A DNA stretch of 64,000 nt from a virus (Duplodnaviria; Caudoviricetes): positions 1-64,000 of IMG/VR virus record IMGVR_UViG_3300046522_000316. One strand, given 5' to 3'. Of the stretch, positions 8,662 to 19,117 are shown in pieces. The position numbers and the translations under genes were made by a program. Under the pieces are notes generated by a model. That model did not search any database. It worked only from the letters and a program-made list of their open reading frames with translations, and was not told where the DNA came from. Position 1 is the first letter of the stretch. Each line of letters begins with the position of its first letter.

Positions 8662-8991
8662 TTACAGGGTTACGACGACGCTGGAATTAGCGCCAGTTTT
8701 CGCCCGTTGTAGGCGCGTACTCATTTCGTTGATATCTGGAATTTTGATCTTCGTATTTTCTACGATTTCCCAAATGTCCATGTACCCGTTGTAAATCATG
8801 ATCGCTTTCCACCACTTCGCATTCCGGTACACGTTATATGCGATCAGGGCAGGGTTGAATTGCTCTGTAGCATTTACAGTATATTGGCGATACGAAGTGG
8901 TGCCTTCGATTGCTTCGTAGGAGGGATCAAGCAGTGGGTCAACGCCGTATTCATCCACAATCACAAATTCACGCTGATCATAAACCGGCAT
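8662..8991 (-). CDS. LysM-like baseplate wedge protein (T4 gp53-like)
   Basis: PALIAYNVYRNAKWWKAIMIYNG...NTKIKIP pattern. Confidence 0.7.
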   Translation of the reverse strand: MPVYDQREFVIVDEYGVDPLLDPSYEAIEGTTSYRQYTVNATEQFNPALIAYNVYRNAKWWKAIMIYNGYMDIWEIVENTKIKIPDINEMSTRLQRAKTGANSSVVVTL

Positions 8992-9003
8992 ACGTCACTT
9001 CCT

Positions 9004-9720
9004 TTAAAGCATGGTGAAGAATTTATCGAGGTCTTCTTTCGTGGTTGTCCAGAAAGCTTCGAACTCAACGTTAACAGTTGCCGCAATCGGGTTGCCCGCT
9101 TGGTCAAACTGCGAATCGAAAGTTGTGTGTACGCTGTTGATAATACACGGCGTAAATTTCAAAAACCTTCCGACGCGCAAAGTGATTTCGTCACCGCCCA
9201 ATTGCACACCGCCCGAGAAGTCACCGGCCAGAAGCGCAGTGGTGTTACCCACGTGCGGCCCCGGCGCAACCAACGTACCCGCCGCACTTTCTGAAGGTGC
9301 TGCAAGTTGCGTTAGCTTTTTGATTTTATCGGTAACTTCCCAATACGCGCTGTCGTGCGCAACAATCACAAACGGAATCGAAATGGTCATCGCAGAACCC
9401 GACGACCAAACCGAACCCGAAAGATATTTCATAATCGACGTTACGCCCGTGGACGCACGCAGCACGTCTTCTGCTGTACCTGCTGCGCCGCCCATGCCCG
9501 CTGCATCACCGGCAATCTGAGAAAGCGGTTTTGCAAACGGACGGTCGTAAGTAGAAGCCAAAGAAAAGCCGAAGTTTTCAGGCAACGGCGTATCCAGTGT
9601 TAAGTAGCTCGCCCCTTCGCGGCGCACGTCCAGTTGAATCGTGTAGATACTGGAAATTTCCGGTTTGGATCGAGAACCGCTGGGGATTTTTGGGTTGTAC
9701 GGATTTGCGATAATTCCCAT
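9004..9720 (-). CDS. putative tail tube initiator / baseplate protein
   Basis: Tube-fold-like C-terminus (PCIINSVHTTFD...PIAATVNVEFE); position after tape measure. Confidence 0.55.
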   Translation of the reverse strand: MGIIANPYNPKIPSGSRSKPEISSIYTIQLDVRREGASYLTLDTPLPENFGFSLASTYDRPFAKPLSQIAGDAAGMGGAAGTAEDVLRASTGVTSIMKYLSGSVWSSGSAMTISIPFVIVAHDSAYWEVTDKIKKLTQLAAPSESAAGTLVAPGPHVGNTTALLAGDFSGGVQLGGDEITLRVGRFLKFTPCIINSVHTTFDSQFDQAGNPIAATVNVEFEAFWTTTKEDLDKFFTML

Positions 9721-12700
9721 TTAAACCATTCCCATATTTACGAACAAAAGTCCGAAGTCATCCATCATCGCCGGAACGTCGTCGATTTGGGGCATTTCGT
9801 TTTTCGCACCGCCAGCACCACCGCCACCAGAACCACCACCGCCCGCTGCTGCACCAGCACCGCCGTCAGCTTGCGGAACATCAGTGGAAGCAATCGAAAC
9901 TTTTTGCACACCGTCAAAAGTATTTCTTTCGACAGATTCAGGTGCGGGAGTCGAGACTGCTTGTGCAGGTGCAGACATTGGTGAAATCGGAGTAGCGCCC
10001 GCACTTTTTGTAACCACTGGCGCATCGTTGTTGTAATACGTTGGACTCGCTGGCGACATTGCTGCCACTGGTGCATTCAACGAAGAAACACCGATTTGAT
10101 CCGTGGAAGTTACGGCAGGCCCGTCGTATGTAACTTTCTGGCCGTTCATAATTTTCGGACGTTCCGAATACGGCACGGTTTCCGCAGGCGGTTCATCACC
10201 ACCAAAGAAACTACCGATTTTATCTGCTGCACCATTCACAAGTTTTCCGAAACTCGGCAGGCCAGAAGACAAGCGCGGAATTTGTGGAATACCCGGAATA
10301 CGCGAAAGCTCACGCAGACCCGGAACCTTATTGAAAACGCCTTGAACTTTCGAATCAACGCCACGCAATGCACCATCAACGCCGGGCGCCATGGAACCGA
10401 AAGAACCGAGGCCATAAACGCTACCGATTTTTGTAATGGCTCCAGTTACCGCACGCCCGGTTTGTGTTTGCGAAACAGGGCGCGCACGTTGGGAATATCC
10501 GGGTGAACCCGGCGAACCCATTGTTTGACCCATTTGCCCGTTGCGCTGCGACCACGTACCGCCACCGGGTGTTCCGGGTGCCCCTGCGCGTGGGGTATCA
10601 GTGCGAACGCCACGACCTGAATTAAATTCCCCGTAAGGATTTCCGTTCACGTCCACGCCGCCAGTTTTCTTGTACGTGCCTTCTGGATTTGGCAGACCGC
10701 CCGGAGTTACGACCGGCACGTCACCCATCACGTTTACAGACGGCGGAATTGCTTCCGTTTTTATTTCGTGATTTTCTGGTGTAGTTTCTGGCCCTTCCTC
10801 TTTTTCGTCTACCTCTTCCTCTTCTTCCTCTTCCTCAATTTTTTCCTTGCCACCGGCCACACCAGATTTAACAACCGTGCCGCCACCGGCTTCGTCTGCG
10901 CCAGATGTTGTGGCTTTTCCGCCCGGCGCAGCACCAGCACCTTTCGTATTTTCTTCAGCGGAATTTGCTGCAACAGCTTTTGCCGCTGTATCCATTTCCG
11001 CAGTTGCTTGTTGCATCAATTGCGGAGCAGCACCAGCTGCTTTCGTTTCAGGTGCGGAACCACCACCTTTTGCACCACCGATTAATTCGACGTGCCACGG
11101 TTCATTGGAAAGCGGTCGGTGAAAACCGTATTTCTTGAACAGGCCTGTGCTTTCCATTTTCCCCGCAGAATCGCGGTCAATGTCGATTGCAAAACCGGAT
11201 TCGTGCCGCGACGTACCGGGACGTGCAACGCGTTTGGTATTGCGACCGTATTTAATCCACAGTTGTTCCTGTTCTGCACGGGTACGGAAAGCCGACGCAA
11301 CTTTAACTTGAGTGCCGCCGTTGTTCTGAACCCAATCGCCAACCATCGTGTAAAAGGCCTGCTTGAATTTATCATTCAGGCCGCTCATGTTCACGGAATT
11401 ATCGTTTGGAATTGTGTTCTTTTGTCCGAGTGCATAAAGCGCACCGTCACCCGGACTAAGCATTTCCGCAGCAGTACCGCCGCCAGCTTCGTCGCCTGCG
11501 CCAGTTGTTGCGCCACCACCGCCAGAAGTTGGAGCCATAACGCCGACAGTGCCATTCGACGCAGCGCCCGTACCGCCGCCACCCGATGGTTGACCACCGT
11601 AAGCACCGATCATTTTCTGCGAATATTGCGCACCAATTCCGGAACCATCTTTTGCAGCAGAACCCGGCCCGGCTTTTTCTTCGTTGAGCATTCCCAACAG
11701 CGCAGCTTTTTCAGTACCCGCACGTTTGTAAACGGCTTCCTGCGTTGCTTTGTCGCTGGAACGGAAACGAGTCGAAACCGTATTGGCCCGCGTTTCTTGG
11801 ATATAGTCGATCAGTGTCGCATCGTCCATTTCCGCGATATCACGGTTGCCGAATGCATCACCCAAAACAGATTTACCGGTGGGAACACCGTACTGAACCG
11901 ACACAGAATAAAGCGCTTCTTTCAAAGCACGCGAACGCTTATCCAGATCGACGCCGTATTGTTTGGTGAACCACTCGGCCAGCGGATCATAGTGCGATTT
12001 GGTTGTGAATTTTTGTTGCGCTTTGTCGAAGTTTTCACCATCACGACCGGCGACTTCTTTGTACTTCGCATCGAACTCTTTCGAGCCGGGCGCCAGTCCT
12101 CGGAAATCGTTGTAATACTGCTGACCTTCCTCAGAACGCAGGAACGCGGTCATGGTGCCAGCTTTCGAACTCAGCTGGTGTTTGCCGTAGGAAACGCCGC
12201 CGTTATCACCCTTGCCACTCGAAACGGTGCCGACGCCTTTTCCGCCAGATTCAAACGCAGCACTAACCGAACCGAAATCTTGATGGCGTGCTTTTTCGCC
12301 AATCATTTTTCCTTGTGCGGCGCGTCCGTCTTGGCGTGCAAAATTGTCGCTTGGAGAATTTCCTTGATCAGGACGGAATTTGTCCTGAAGCCAATCCTGA
12401 CCTCCTTGCCAACCTTTGCGCAATGTACCCGCTTCGCTTTTTTCAAACGTTGCATTGTCGTACATCGCATCCATGGCTTTACCGCCATAGTACGCAGTTG
12501 CTAGCGCGAGAATCGGCCCGAGCGCAGCAGCACCCATACCAGCAGCACGGCCACCAAAACCACCGAGGCCACCGGGCGATCCTGCACCGCCGCCCATACC
12601 CGGAACACCGCCGCCAATGCGTTGCAATTTCGGGCCGTTGCGTTTGAAGCGACCGAGTTTATCGCGTTCCTGTTTCGACGCACGTTCACGCTGCTGATCA

Positions 12701-13266
12701 CGACGCTTTTCACGGATATCATCCATGATTGTGCGACGGCGTTCCTGTGCAGCCAATTGTTTGTCATTTACGCGGCTGAATTCGCCTTCGTAAGTGTTGC
12801 CCTGAATTTTCGGCTCAGGTTTGGTCGCTTGCTTCTGCATGAATTCGGAAAGGCGAGTAATCACGTCCGACACGTCTTGCAACGCGCCCAACTGATCCTG
12901 CATCAAACCGGATTGTTGTTGCAGCAAATTCGATTGTTTATTCGACGCCATTACCTGCGTGCGGATAACTTGCGTCTGTCCGTCGATGGCGTCGGCGTTC
13001 GAGCGATCCTGCGATTGATTCGGTTGCGTGCGAACCGCAGGAACATTCGATTTATTTTGCTGATTTTGTTTCTGATCAGCGCGACCGGTGCGTGCGTAGG
13101 AATGGCGTTTCTGCCCCGACAATTTCACGTCATCATCTTGCGCAACGTGAGAGTGCTGCATCAGTCGCGGTTTGGTTTCAGTCCGACGCTTTGGCCCAAC
13201 TTCGCGTTCGTTCTTTTCTGTCGCGTGTTTATCGACAATTTCGTTTAATTGGTCTAGAGCAGCCAT
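9721..13266 (-). CDS. tape-measure/hub-like tail protein with two peptidoglycan hydrolase domains
   Basis: Coiled-coil N-terminus; lysozyme-like SAAFESG...GGVSYGKHQL; M15 peptidase SAFRT...PGTSRHESGFAIDI...EPWHVE; Gly-rich linkers. Confidence 0.75.
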   Translation of the reverse strand: MAALDQLNEIVDKHATEKNEREVGPKRRTETKPRLMQHSHVAQDDDVKLSGQKRHSYARTGRADQKQNQQNKSNVPAVRTQPNQSQDRSNADAIDGQTQVIRTQVMASNKQSNLLQQQSGLMQDQLGALQDVSDVITRLSEFMQKQATKPEPKIQGNTYEGEFSRVNDKQLAAQERRRTIMDDIREKRRDQQRERASKQERDKLGRFKRNGPKLQRIGGGVPGMGGGAGSPGGLGGFGGRAAGMGAAALGPILALATAYYGGKAMDAMYDNATFEKSEAGTLRKGWQGGQDWLQDKFRPDQGNSPSDNFARQDGRAAQGKMIGEKARHQDFGSVSAAFESGGKGVGTVSSGKGDNGGVSYGKHQLSSKAGTMTAFLRSEEGQQYYNDFRGLAPGSKEFDAKYKEVAGRDGENFDKAQQKFTTKSHYDPLAEWFTKQYGVDLDKRSRALKEALYSVSVQYGVPTGKSVLGDAFGNRDIAEMDDATLIDYIQETRANTVSTRFRSSDKATQEAVYKRAGTEKAALLGMLNEEKAGPGSAAKDGSGIGAQYSQKMIGAYGGQPSGGGGTGAASNGTVGVMAPTSGGGGATTGAGDEAGGGTAAEMLSPGDGALYALGQKNTIPNDNSVNMSGLNDKFKQAFYTMVGDWVQNNGGTQVKVASAFRTRAEQEQLWIKYGRNTKRVARPGTSRHESGFAIDIDRDSAGKMESTGLFKKYGFHRPLSNEPWHVELIGGAKGGGSAPETKAAGAAPQLMQQATAEMDTAAKAVAANSAEENTKGAGAAPGGKATTSGADEAGGGTVVKSGVAGGKEKIEEEEEEEEVDEKEEGPETTPENHEIKTEAIPPSVNVMGDVPVVTPGGLPNPEGTYKKTGGVDVNGNPYGEFNSGRGVRTDTPRAGAPGTPGGGTWSQRNGQMGQTMGSPGSPGYSQRARPVSQTQTGRAVTGAITKIGSVYGLGSFGSMAPGVDGALRGVDSKVQGVFNKVPGLRELSRIPGIPQIPRLSSGLPSFGKLVNGAADKIGSFFGGDEPPAETVPYSERPKIMNGQKVTYDGPAVTSTDQIGVSSLNAPVAAMSPASPTYYNNDAPVVTKSAGATPISPMSAPAQAVSTPAPESVERNTFDGVQKVSIASTDVPQADGGAGAAAGGGGSGGGGAGGAKNEMPQIDDVPAMMDDFGLLFVNMGMV

Positions 13267-13272
13267 GCGGTT

Positions 13273-14241
13273 TTACCTTCTTCTGGTGCCCATCACAGGT
13301 TTACCACCGTTCTGTTGTGCTTTTGCTTTTTGTTCCGCTTCGCGCCGGTCAGCTGCCAAAGTGGAATGGTGATAGAGGAACATACGCACCGGCATATTCA
13401 TATCAGGCATAACCCCGAATTGCGACATGAGGTTGTAGCACATTACATAAACGTCTTTGTCGGAATTATCCGCAAAGAAGCTCAGCATTGATGGACTCGA
13501 TTCGTGGAACATTACGTGGTTGCATTGACCGCAACGCAGCCGCACTTTTTCCGTGACGCCGTGGAACCATTTCGTTTTTACTTTCTCGATTTCTTGAAAG
13601 AGTTCCATGTCAGGCTGCGCCATCAGATAGGCCAGCTTTGCCCGGTACGTTTTACCCTGCTTGACCCAACGCGCAATGTCGCCCACATATTTGAAATGCG
13701 GGAAATCTGAAACATGTTCGTAGTAGTCGGTCAGGGTGCCTACGCGAGGCAAAGAAATCTTCGGATGAACAAGACGGTTATTGTCGTCGTCCAAAGTGTT
13801 CAGCTTGATTTCGGTTTGTGGAACAATTTCAGACTGCGTGAAGCCGCACGGTTGCAACTTAAACCCCAACCGTTTTGCATCCTTGGCCGTCACGCCGAAA
13901 CCGATATTGTTTTTGCTGTTCACGTACACCATGTTGTTGCAGGTGTATTGCGCACGAACAGGAAAATCAGGGAAAGAACTTTTGCGCAGACGGGCCATGA
14001 TGTACATGAAATCGCCGTCTGTTAATTCGTTTACGTCGATGTTGCAGCACATTTGCACCGCACGAATAATGTGCTGGTGGGGCCGCGTCTTCGCCGTCAT
14101 ACCAGTGTGCAGCAGCGGCAATTCTTTCAGGACAAATTGCCGCAAATAAATGCGATCAAAACTATAGAAGTCATCCAGCGCGGGGTTGCCAGTCAGTAAG
14201 TCCCCGACTTCAATAGAGAGCGCGTCCAGATCGTCGCTCAT
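13273..14241 (-). CDS. putative baseplate hub assembly protein (T4 gp26/gp51-like), C-terminal CxxC
   Basis: LTDGDFMYIMARLR shared with neighbour; CGQC; position between tube and tape measure. Confidence 0.55.
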   Translation of the reverse strand: MSDDLDALSIEVGDLLTGNPALDDFYSFDRIYLRQFVLKELPLLHTGMTAKTRPHQHIIRAVQMCCNIDVNELTDGDFMYIMARLRKSSFPDFPVRAQYTCNNMVYVNSKNNIGFGVTAKDAKRLGFKLQPCGFTQSEIVPQTEIKLNTLDDDNNRLVHPKISLPRVGTLTDYYEHVSDFPHFKYVGDIARWVKQGKTYRAKLAYLMAQPDMELFQEIEKVKTKWFHGVTEKVRLRCGQCNHVMFHESSPSMLSFFADNSDKDVYVMCYNLMSQFGVMPDMNMPVRMFLYHHSTLAADRREAEQKAKAQQNGGKPVMGTRRR

Positions 14242-15023
14242 TACACGAAGAACGAATGTGCATCGACCGTTACATCGAACGCGTGTTCACGTGCGCATTT
14301 CTTGCACTTTTTGTGAATGCGTTGCAGCACGCCGTGGTCAAACTGGAAATGTGCGCGGCTGGCTTTATCGAACAAATCCATGTCGATATTGTCGAGCGAG
14401 TTCAAACGTTCGTGCAGAGTTTTGCCTTCGCGCAGATAACGCACGGGGCCAATCACTTTCTGATTACGCACGTCGGCCCCGAGTTCCTTGTAGGCCACCA
14501 GATCGCGCACGCGTGGATAATCCAACGCCGGATCAAGTTCGGATTCGTCCATATATTTCAGCGTGAATTCTTCGAACGAAACGGTTTGGTTATTGTATTC
14601 GTCGCAGTCGTGTTCGAGCCAGCTGATCTTGCTTGGATCTTCCATGAGCGCTTCGGCTTCCGTGCCACGCGCTTCGAAGTATTGCTCGGTCATGCTGTCG
14701 ATTTCTTCCATCGTGTACAGCTTACCGCTTTCATCGCCTTCGCGAGTGAAAACAATACCGGTGCATTCCCATTCACAAAAGATCGGGAGGTCACGCGAAT
14801 AAAAACGCAGCCACGCCAAGATGTAATAAAAATCACCATCGGTCAGCTGGTTTACATCGAAGTCCATAACCTGCCCAACAGCTTCGATCATCGGCTTATC
14901 GTTTTGGGTCAGAATCGCTTCGGAAAGAAACGGCAAATGACGTGGACGAAAAGGATTGACCTCAATTGTTTTGACAGCGTAAGGAATCCCACGGGACGGC
15001 AGATTAGAACTATCGAATTTCAT
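14241..15023 (-). CDS. putative baseplate hub assembly protein (T4 gp26/gp51-like), C-terminal CxxC
   Basis: NLPSRGIPY, LTDGDFYYILAWLR, CKKC. Confidence 0.55.
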   Translation of the reverse strand: MKFDSSNLPSRGIPYAVKTIEVNPFRPRHLPFLSEAILTQNDKPMIEAVGQVMDFDVNQLTDGDFYYILAWLRFYSRDLPIFCEWECTGIVFTREGDESGKLYTMEEIDSMTEQYFEARGTEAEALMEDPSKISWLEHDCDEYNNQTVSFEEFTLKYMDESELDPALDYPRVRDLVAYKELGADVRNQKVIGPVRYLREGKTLHERLNSLDNIDMDLFDKASRAHFQFDHGVLQRIHKKCKKCAREHAFDVTVDAHSFFV

Positions 15024-15523
15024 TCGTATGTCACCCTATCAATTGCAAAGTTTTGTTGAATCTTGATTGCTTGACCGCCGTTGTTCACTAAGCCGATGGG
15101 GCTTGTGGTGGTAGGCCAAACGTCTTCCAGCGTTACAGTCATGATCGGCGTGTCTGTCGTGCGCCCATCAGTCAGAGCAAATTTCATGTTGCGTTTGTAA
15201 TTCCCCGGCAGGTAATAATAACCTTCCGTTGGATGCATTACACGATTGCGCCAGTCGTCCACGTATTTAAAACTGCGCATCGAAACGTCTTCGTAAAAAG
15301 TAATGTCGAATGCACCCAGTTCACGAAAGCCGGGATATTGCGCAAAACGACCGGCCATGAAAACTGGTTTCATGTTGATCGACGGAACTGGCAGCGTTAC
15401 CGTTTCGACATACGACGGATCGAGGTCGAAAGGCAGTTCAACGCAGTACCAATAAAAATCCAGCATCGGGCTTCTGTCGCCCGAACGTTTTTCTATAAAT
15501 TCTTCGAGCGTAAGGATCGGCAT
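15020..15523 (-). CDS. tail tube-like protein (second copy)
   Basis: ITFYED...WRNRV...YKRN...LEDVWPTTTSPI resembles T4 gp19/gp54 fold; GGAG SD before 15523. Confidence 0.65.
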   Translation of the reverse strand: MPILTLEEFIEKRSGDRSPMLDFYWYCVELPFDLDPSYVETVTLPVPSINMKPVFMAGRFAQYPGFRELGAFDITFYEDVSMRSFKYVDDWRNRVMHPTEGYYYLPGNYKRNMKFALTDGRTTDTPIMTVTLEDVWPTTTSPIGLVNNGGQAIKIQQNFAIDRVTYE

Positions 15524-15543
15524 TTTCAGACTCCACACAAGCG

Positions 15544-15578
15544 AAAAAAGCCCAATGGAAAAAATCCACCGGGCTTTT
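15544..15578 (-). terminator. intrinsic terminator after tube gene
   Basis: AAAAGCCC/GGGCUUUU stem plus U tract. Confidence 0.7.
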
Positions 15579-15584
15579 CGCGAA

Positions 15585-16094
15585 TCAGATAATGCGCTCT
15601 ACATAGCCGTAGGCGAAGGTCGCATCCTGACGCAATGCTTGACCACCCGCACCTTCAAAGGCGTATTCGGAAATTTCGGTCGGGAACATCCGGTGAATAT
15701 TCCACGCCGCCGCATCCGCACCAGTCTGGTCGAAAACAGTCAGTTGCGCGGTACGCATATACGCATCGTGGAAACCACCGGTTTGCGTTTGCGTTGCGCG
15801 ACCAACTGCCGCCCAGTCTTTCAGAGCCTGATAAGTGCGCGCATCGTAAACTTCGTGCAGCGCCACGGTCATGCTATGGCTGAAGGTTTTACGTGCAGCA
15901 AAAATCAGTTTGTGGCCGAACAATTCGACCTCAACAGTTTGCAGAGAGGCGCCGGGCAGGGAAGCACCCAAGCACTGAATCCGCAATTGACGACCGTCGC
16001 CACCGCCCGGAATGTCAGTGAACAAAAGTTCAAAGTTGTCATTCAGCATCGGGTCGAGCAGGCTATACGCTTCGTCCAACGTTACTTTAGGCAT
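15585..16094 (-). CDS. tail tube protein
   Basis: Directly after sheath; T4 gp19-like motifs (ASLPG...VELFG, MFPTEISEYAF). Confidence 0.8.
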   Translation of the reverse strand: MPKVTLDEAYSLLDPMLNDNFELLFTDIPGGGDGRQLRIQCLGASLPGASLQTVEVELFGHKLIFAARKTFSHSMTVALHEVYDARTYQALKDWAAVGRATQTQTGGFHDAYMRTAQLTVFDQTGADAAAWNIHRMFPTEISEYAFEGAGGQALRQDATFAYGYVERII

Positions 16095-16121
16095 AAATCA
16101 CCTTTTTTCCATGTTGGATAA

Positions 16122-17714
16122 TTAAGCCGCGATTTGTTCCACGGCGGTACTGAGTTGGCCGGTAGCCGCAACGGTCGTGGTGAATTTAATCCGCTTCGCA
16201 TAACGAGTCGGCTGAATCACGTAAACCAGTGCAACGTCACCAGCGGCAATTTGCGATTTCGGGTTGGTATTCTTGTCGCAATACACCGCCGAGTAATACA
16301 AACCGCGTTGGCCTTTGATCGGCGTCAGGATGCGTTCCACGATACCTTTCAATTGCGCCCACAGGAATTCATCGTTCGGATCGAACAGGCCGACCAGAAC
16401 GTCATATTTCGCAGTGGTTTCGATCAAGTTGATCAGACGACGAACCGGAACATCTTGCAGCGCAGATTTTTGCGATTGCAAAGTCTGTGCGCCCCACACG
16501 CAATAACCGTAACCGGCTTGCTTGTGGATCATGTTGATTTGGTTTTGGTCGAGGATGTTCCGCTCAGGCAGCGAGTAACGGTGACGCGTGCCGCTGATTT
16601 CGGTAATCACACCACGAACAACACCAGCCGGTGCCCAAAACACATCCCGCGCTTCGTCAGACTGTGCGAACACAGCAGCGACAGCACCGGAACACGGCAC
16701 GTAGACTTCTTGGTTGTCGTCGGTAACTTCCAGAATATCCGAGCAATAAAGCGCGGCGAAACTGGTGTTCGTGTTCAGAACGTTACGGCGGTAATTCACC
16801 GCACGCGTTACCGTTTGTTGATCGGATGGAATGTCGAGGATCGCGAAACAATCCCGGCGAGTTTCCGCCAGCTGAATCATTTCTTGATGGATACCCGCGT
16901 CGGCGTAACCGGCGTTGATCAGCAAACGAATTTCGAAATCATCTTCGTTTTCGAATGCGCCCCAACCTTCGATGATATCGCCAGTGTTTGCCACACGACC
17001 GTTATCGCCGTAGGACAAATCGACTTCCACGATTGCGTTGATCAACCGTTTTGCGCCGCCCGAATTGATGTATTCCGGGTGCGAAGTATTCGGTTTAAAA
17101 CGAATGCGCGATTCGAGGTTTTCCAACTGGTACGCGATGCTCAGTTGACGACGTTGGCCGTCCACTTTTTCACGCAGAGTGCCACGGTAGGTTTCGACCG
17201 GGACGCTCATGTTGGTTTCGAAAACTTGCAAAACAAATTGTTCGTTTTCGATATCGTTCACGTCCGGATACATCAAGACGCGAAGCTGGTTGTTCCACGT
17301 GCCGGGATCAGCGCCGTAAATCAAACCGATTTCATCAGGCAGTTGATTGTGTTCGGTTGCCGGATCGAGATAGCCTTGCGTTGCCGCTTTGGCAGTTGCG
17401 AAACCGTCTTTCGTAACAACAGAACCGGAACCATAATTGGCTTCGGTATCAACGCGATAAAACCAAAGACGCTGCGCTTTTTTCAGGAAGCGTTCAGCGG
17501 CGAAATGGCCGAAGGTAAGCGATGCATCACGCAAGCCAAATTTGGCTCGGAAATCACCCACGCTAGTAACAAGCGTCGGTACTCCAACACGTCCGCGATT
17601 GGATTCACTTACCATGGCCCCCGTGGTCGGGTAGGTAGACGATGCGGATTGCGAGTTATCCACTTCACCGCCATACACACCCGCCGACGTATTACTGCCG
17701 TTTTGTAGGGTCAT
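16122..17714 (-). CDS. tail sheath protein 1
   Basis: SAGVYGGEVD N-terminus; FWAPAGVVRG; WGAQTL...VPVRRL...FDPND; GGAG SD before ATG 17714. Confidence 0.9.
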   Translation of the reverse strand: MTLQNGSNTSAGVYGGEVDNSQSASSTYPTTGAMVSESNRGRVGVPTLVTSVGDFRAKFGLRDASLTFGHFAAERFLKKAQRLWFYRVDTEANYGSGSVVTKDGFATAKAATQGYLDPATEHNQLPDEIGLIYGADPGTWNNQLRVLMYPDVNDIENEQFVLQVFETNMSVPVETYRGTLREKVDGQRRQLSIAYQLENLESRIRFKPNTSHPEYINSGGAKRLINAIVEVDLSYGDNGRVANTGDIIEGWGAFENEDDFEIRLLINAGYADAGIHQEMIQLAETRRDCFAILDIPSDQQTVTRAVNYRRNVLNTNTSFAALYCSDILEVTDDNQEVYVPCSGAVAAVFAQSDEARDVFWAPAGVVRGVITEISGTRHRYSLPERNILDQNQINMIHKQAGYGYCVWGAQTLQSQKSALQDVPVRRLINLIETTAKYDVLVGLFDPNDEFLWAQLKGIVERILTPIKGQRGLYYSAVYCDKNTNPKSQIAAGDVALVYVIQPTRYAKRIKFTTTVAATGQLSTAVEQIAA

Positions 17715-17756
17715 GGACTTTCTCCAGTAATCTCCCAAATCGTTTCGGGATTACTA

Positions 17757-17765
17757 TTAAATTAC
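17757..17765 (-). promoter_or_regulatory. candidate late promoter GTAATTTAA
   Basis: About 43 nt upstream of sheath 1 start. Confidence 0.55.
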
Positions 17766-19117
17766 GCTTTAATCAAAGTGCAGCGAACGACATTTTCAGA
17801 CGTAAGCTTAATGGTTCCAGCAAAAGATCCATTCAAAAAGAAATGGCCGTTTACCGTCATTTTAACCGGTGCGCTTTGAACGCCCGCATCCGGGTCTTGT
17901 GTATCGGGTGCCGGACATTCGGCCATTGGTGGGCGAATCAATTCCAGCGTTTTCGTTACGGGTGTAATGCCCTGCGTGTATTCGATTACAACAGGCTGGC
18001 CCGGCAATCCGATGTGGTGAAACGTCGGAAAAGAAATGCCGTATTTGCCAGAATAATTGAAACCGAGTTGATCCAACGGATAGGTAAAAACTGCACCGGT
18101 GAATTGATTGCGGAACACTACGGATTTGCTATTGCCTTCGCTGTTGTCCGTGATTACCACAGAGAACGGCTGCGTGATATCGACCTGTGTCACGGATTCG
18201 ATTACAGCAGGCGGCGCAGGACTCACGGTTACATCAACAGAAATTTCCTGCAATTGACCGTAAATATCTTTGCCGAATGTCGTGACGCGAATCACGTCGT
18301 TGTCATTCACTGCGAGCGCTGTTTCGCCATCGTCGAAAGTTAATTCGATTGGAACGAATGCACTGTGCAGAACTTGCTTTGTCGAACCGCTGCGCACGTT
18401 GGTGATTTGCGCATAAGGCTGTTGCGGATTACGCACACGGAAATTCAGGAAACCACCAAACACAACAGTGGTCGGAACTTCAATCGTGGTCGGTTCGAAA
18501 TCCAGCGTCACAACCTGATCTTTCGTAATCACACGCGATTTGCCGGTGGCGTCGAATTGCTCTTCATAAGTGAATCGCAAAATGTCGTCTTTGCGGCAGA
18601 ACATCATGCCGTCGAAATCGACGCCGGTTGCGTCATTGTTTTGCGTCTGCAAAAAGCTTTCGTAAACGCCCTGCGAACTACGGATCAGCGACACTTCCTC
18701 AGTTTCACCAGTCCGCATATTCTGCACGGAAATAGTGATTGGAGCCGGGGTGAAAATGTCGGGGTCGGTGACTTTGCAGGTCACGAAACGGCTGGCGTTT
18801 GCCACACCGATTTCAATCGTCGCGTCGAAAAAGATTTGCTCGGATCGTACTTCAGGTTCAGGGATCAAACCGAAGGCCACCATTTCAATCTGGATCGGAT
18901 GCGGACACTGAATAGAAAGAATGTTATGCACATCCTTAATTGTGTACGGATTATCAGGGCCGATCGTGATATCTTTTTGCTCCAATGTTGCTTCCGTTAC
19001 TTTGGTTGCAACACTGAATGCGTTAATGCCTGTGCGCCGGGTATTATCCACCAGAAATTGGCGCATTTCTGTCACGACGGTGCGTGCTGGTGGCTTGTAT
19101 ATTTGAATCGGTTTCAT
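17762..19117 (-). CDS. putative virion protein with Ig-like beta repeats
   Basis: 451 aa, V/T-rich strands, in tail operon. Confidence 0.6.
   Translation of the reverse strand: MKPIQIYKPPARTVVTEMRQFLVDNTRRTGINAFSVATKVTEATLEQKDITIGPDNPYTIKDVHNILSIQCPHPIQIEMVAFGLIPEPEVRSEQIFFDATIEIGVANASRFVTCKVTDPDIFTPAPITISVQNMRTGETEEVSLIRSSQGVYESFLQTQNNDATGVDFDGMMFCRKDDILRFTYEEQFDATGKSRVITKDQVVTLDFEPTTIEVPTTVVFGGFLNFRVRNPQQPYAQITNVRSGSTKQVLHSAFVPIELTFDDGETALAVNDNDVIRVTTFGKDIYGQLQEISVDVTVSPAPPAVIESVTQVDITQPFSVVITDNSEGNSKSVVFRNQFTGAVFTYPLDQLGFNYSGKYGISFPTFHHIGLPGQPVVIEYTQGITPVTKTLELIRPPMAECPAPDTQDPDAGVQSAPVKMTVNGHFFLNGSFAGTIKLTSENVVRCTLIKA

Noticed and set aside
11092-12504. 470-aa plus-strand ORF (also 16134-17708, 22371-24431, 37197-38849, 59359-60945)
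   Set aside because: Antisense shadows of strongly codon-biased minus-strand genes; no motifs or SD.
13273-15023. Lambda G/GT-type frameshift between the two genes before the tape measure
   Set aside because: No slippery heptamer near the junction; the second gene has its own ATG via TAATG coupling.
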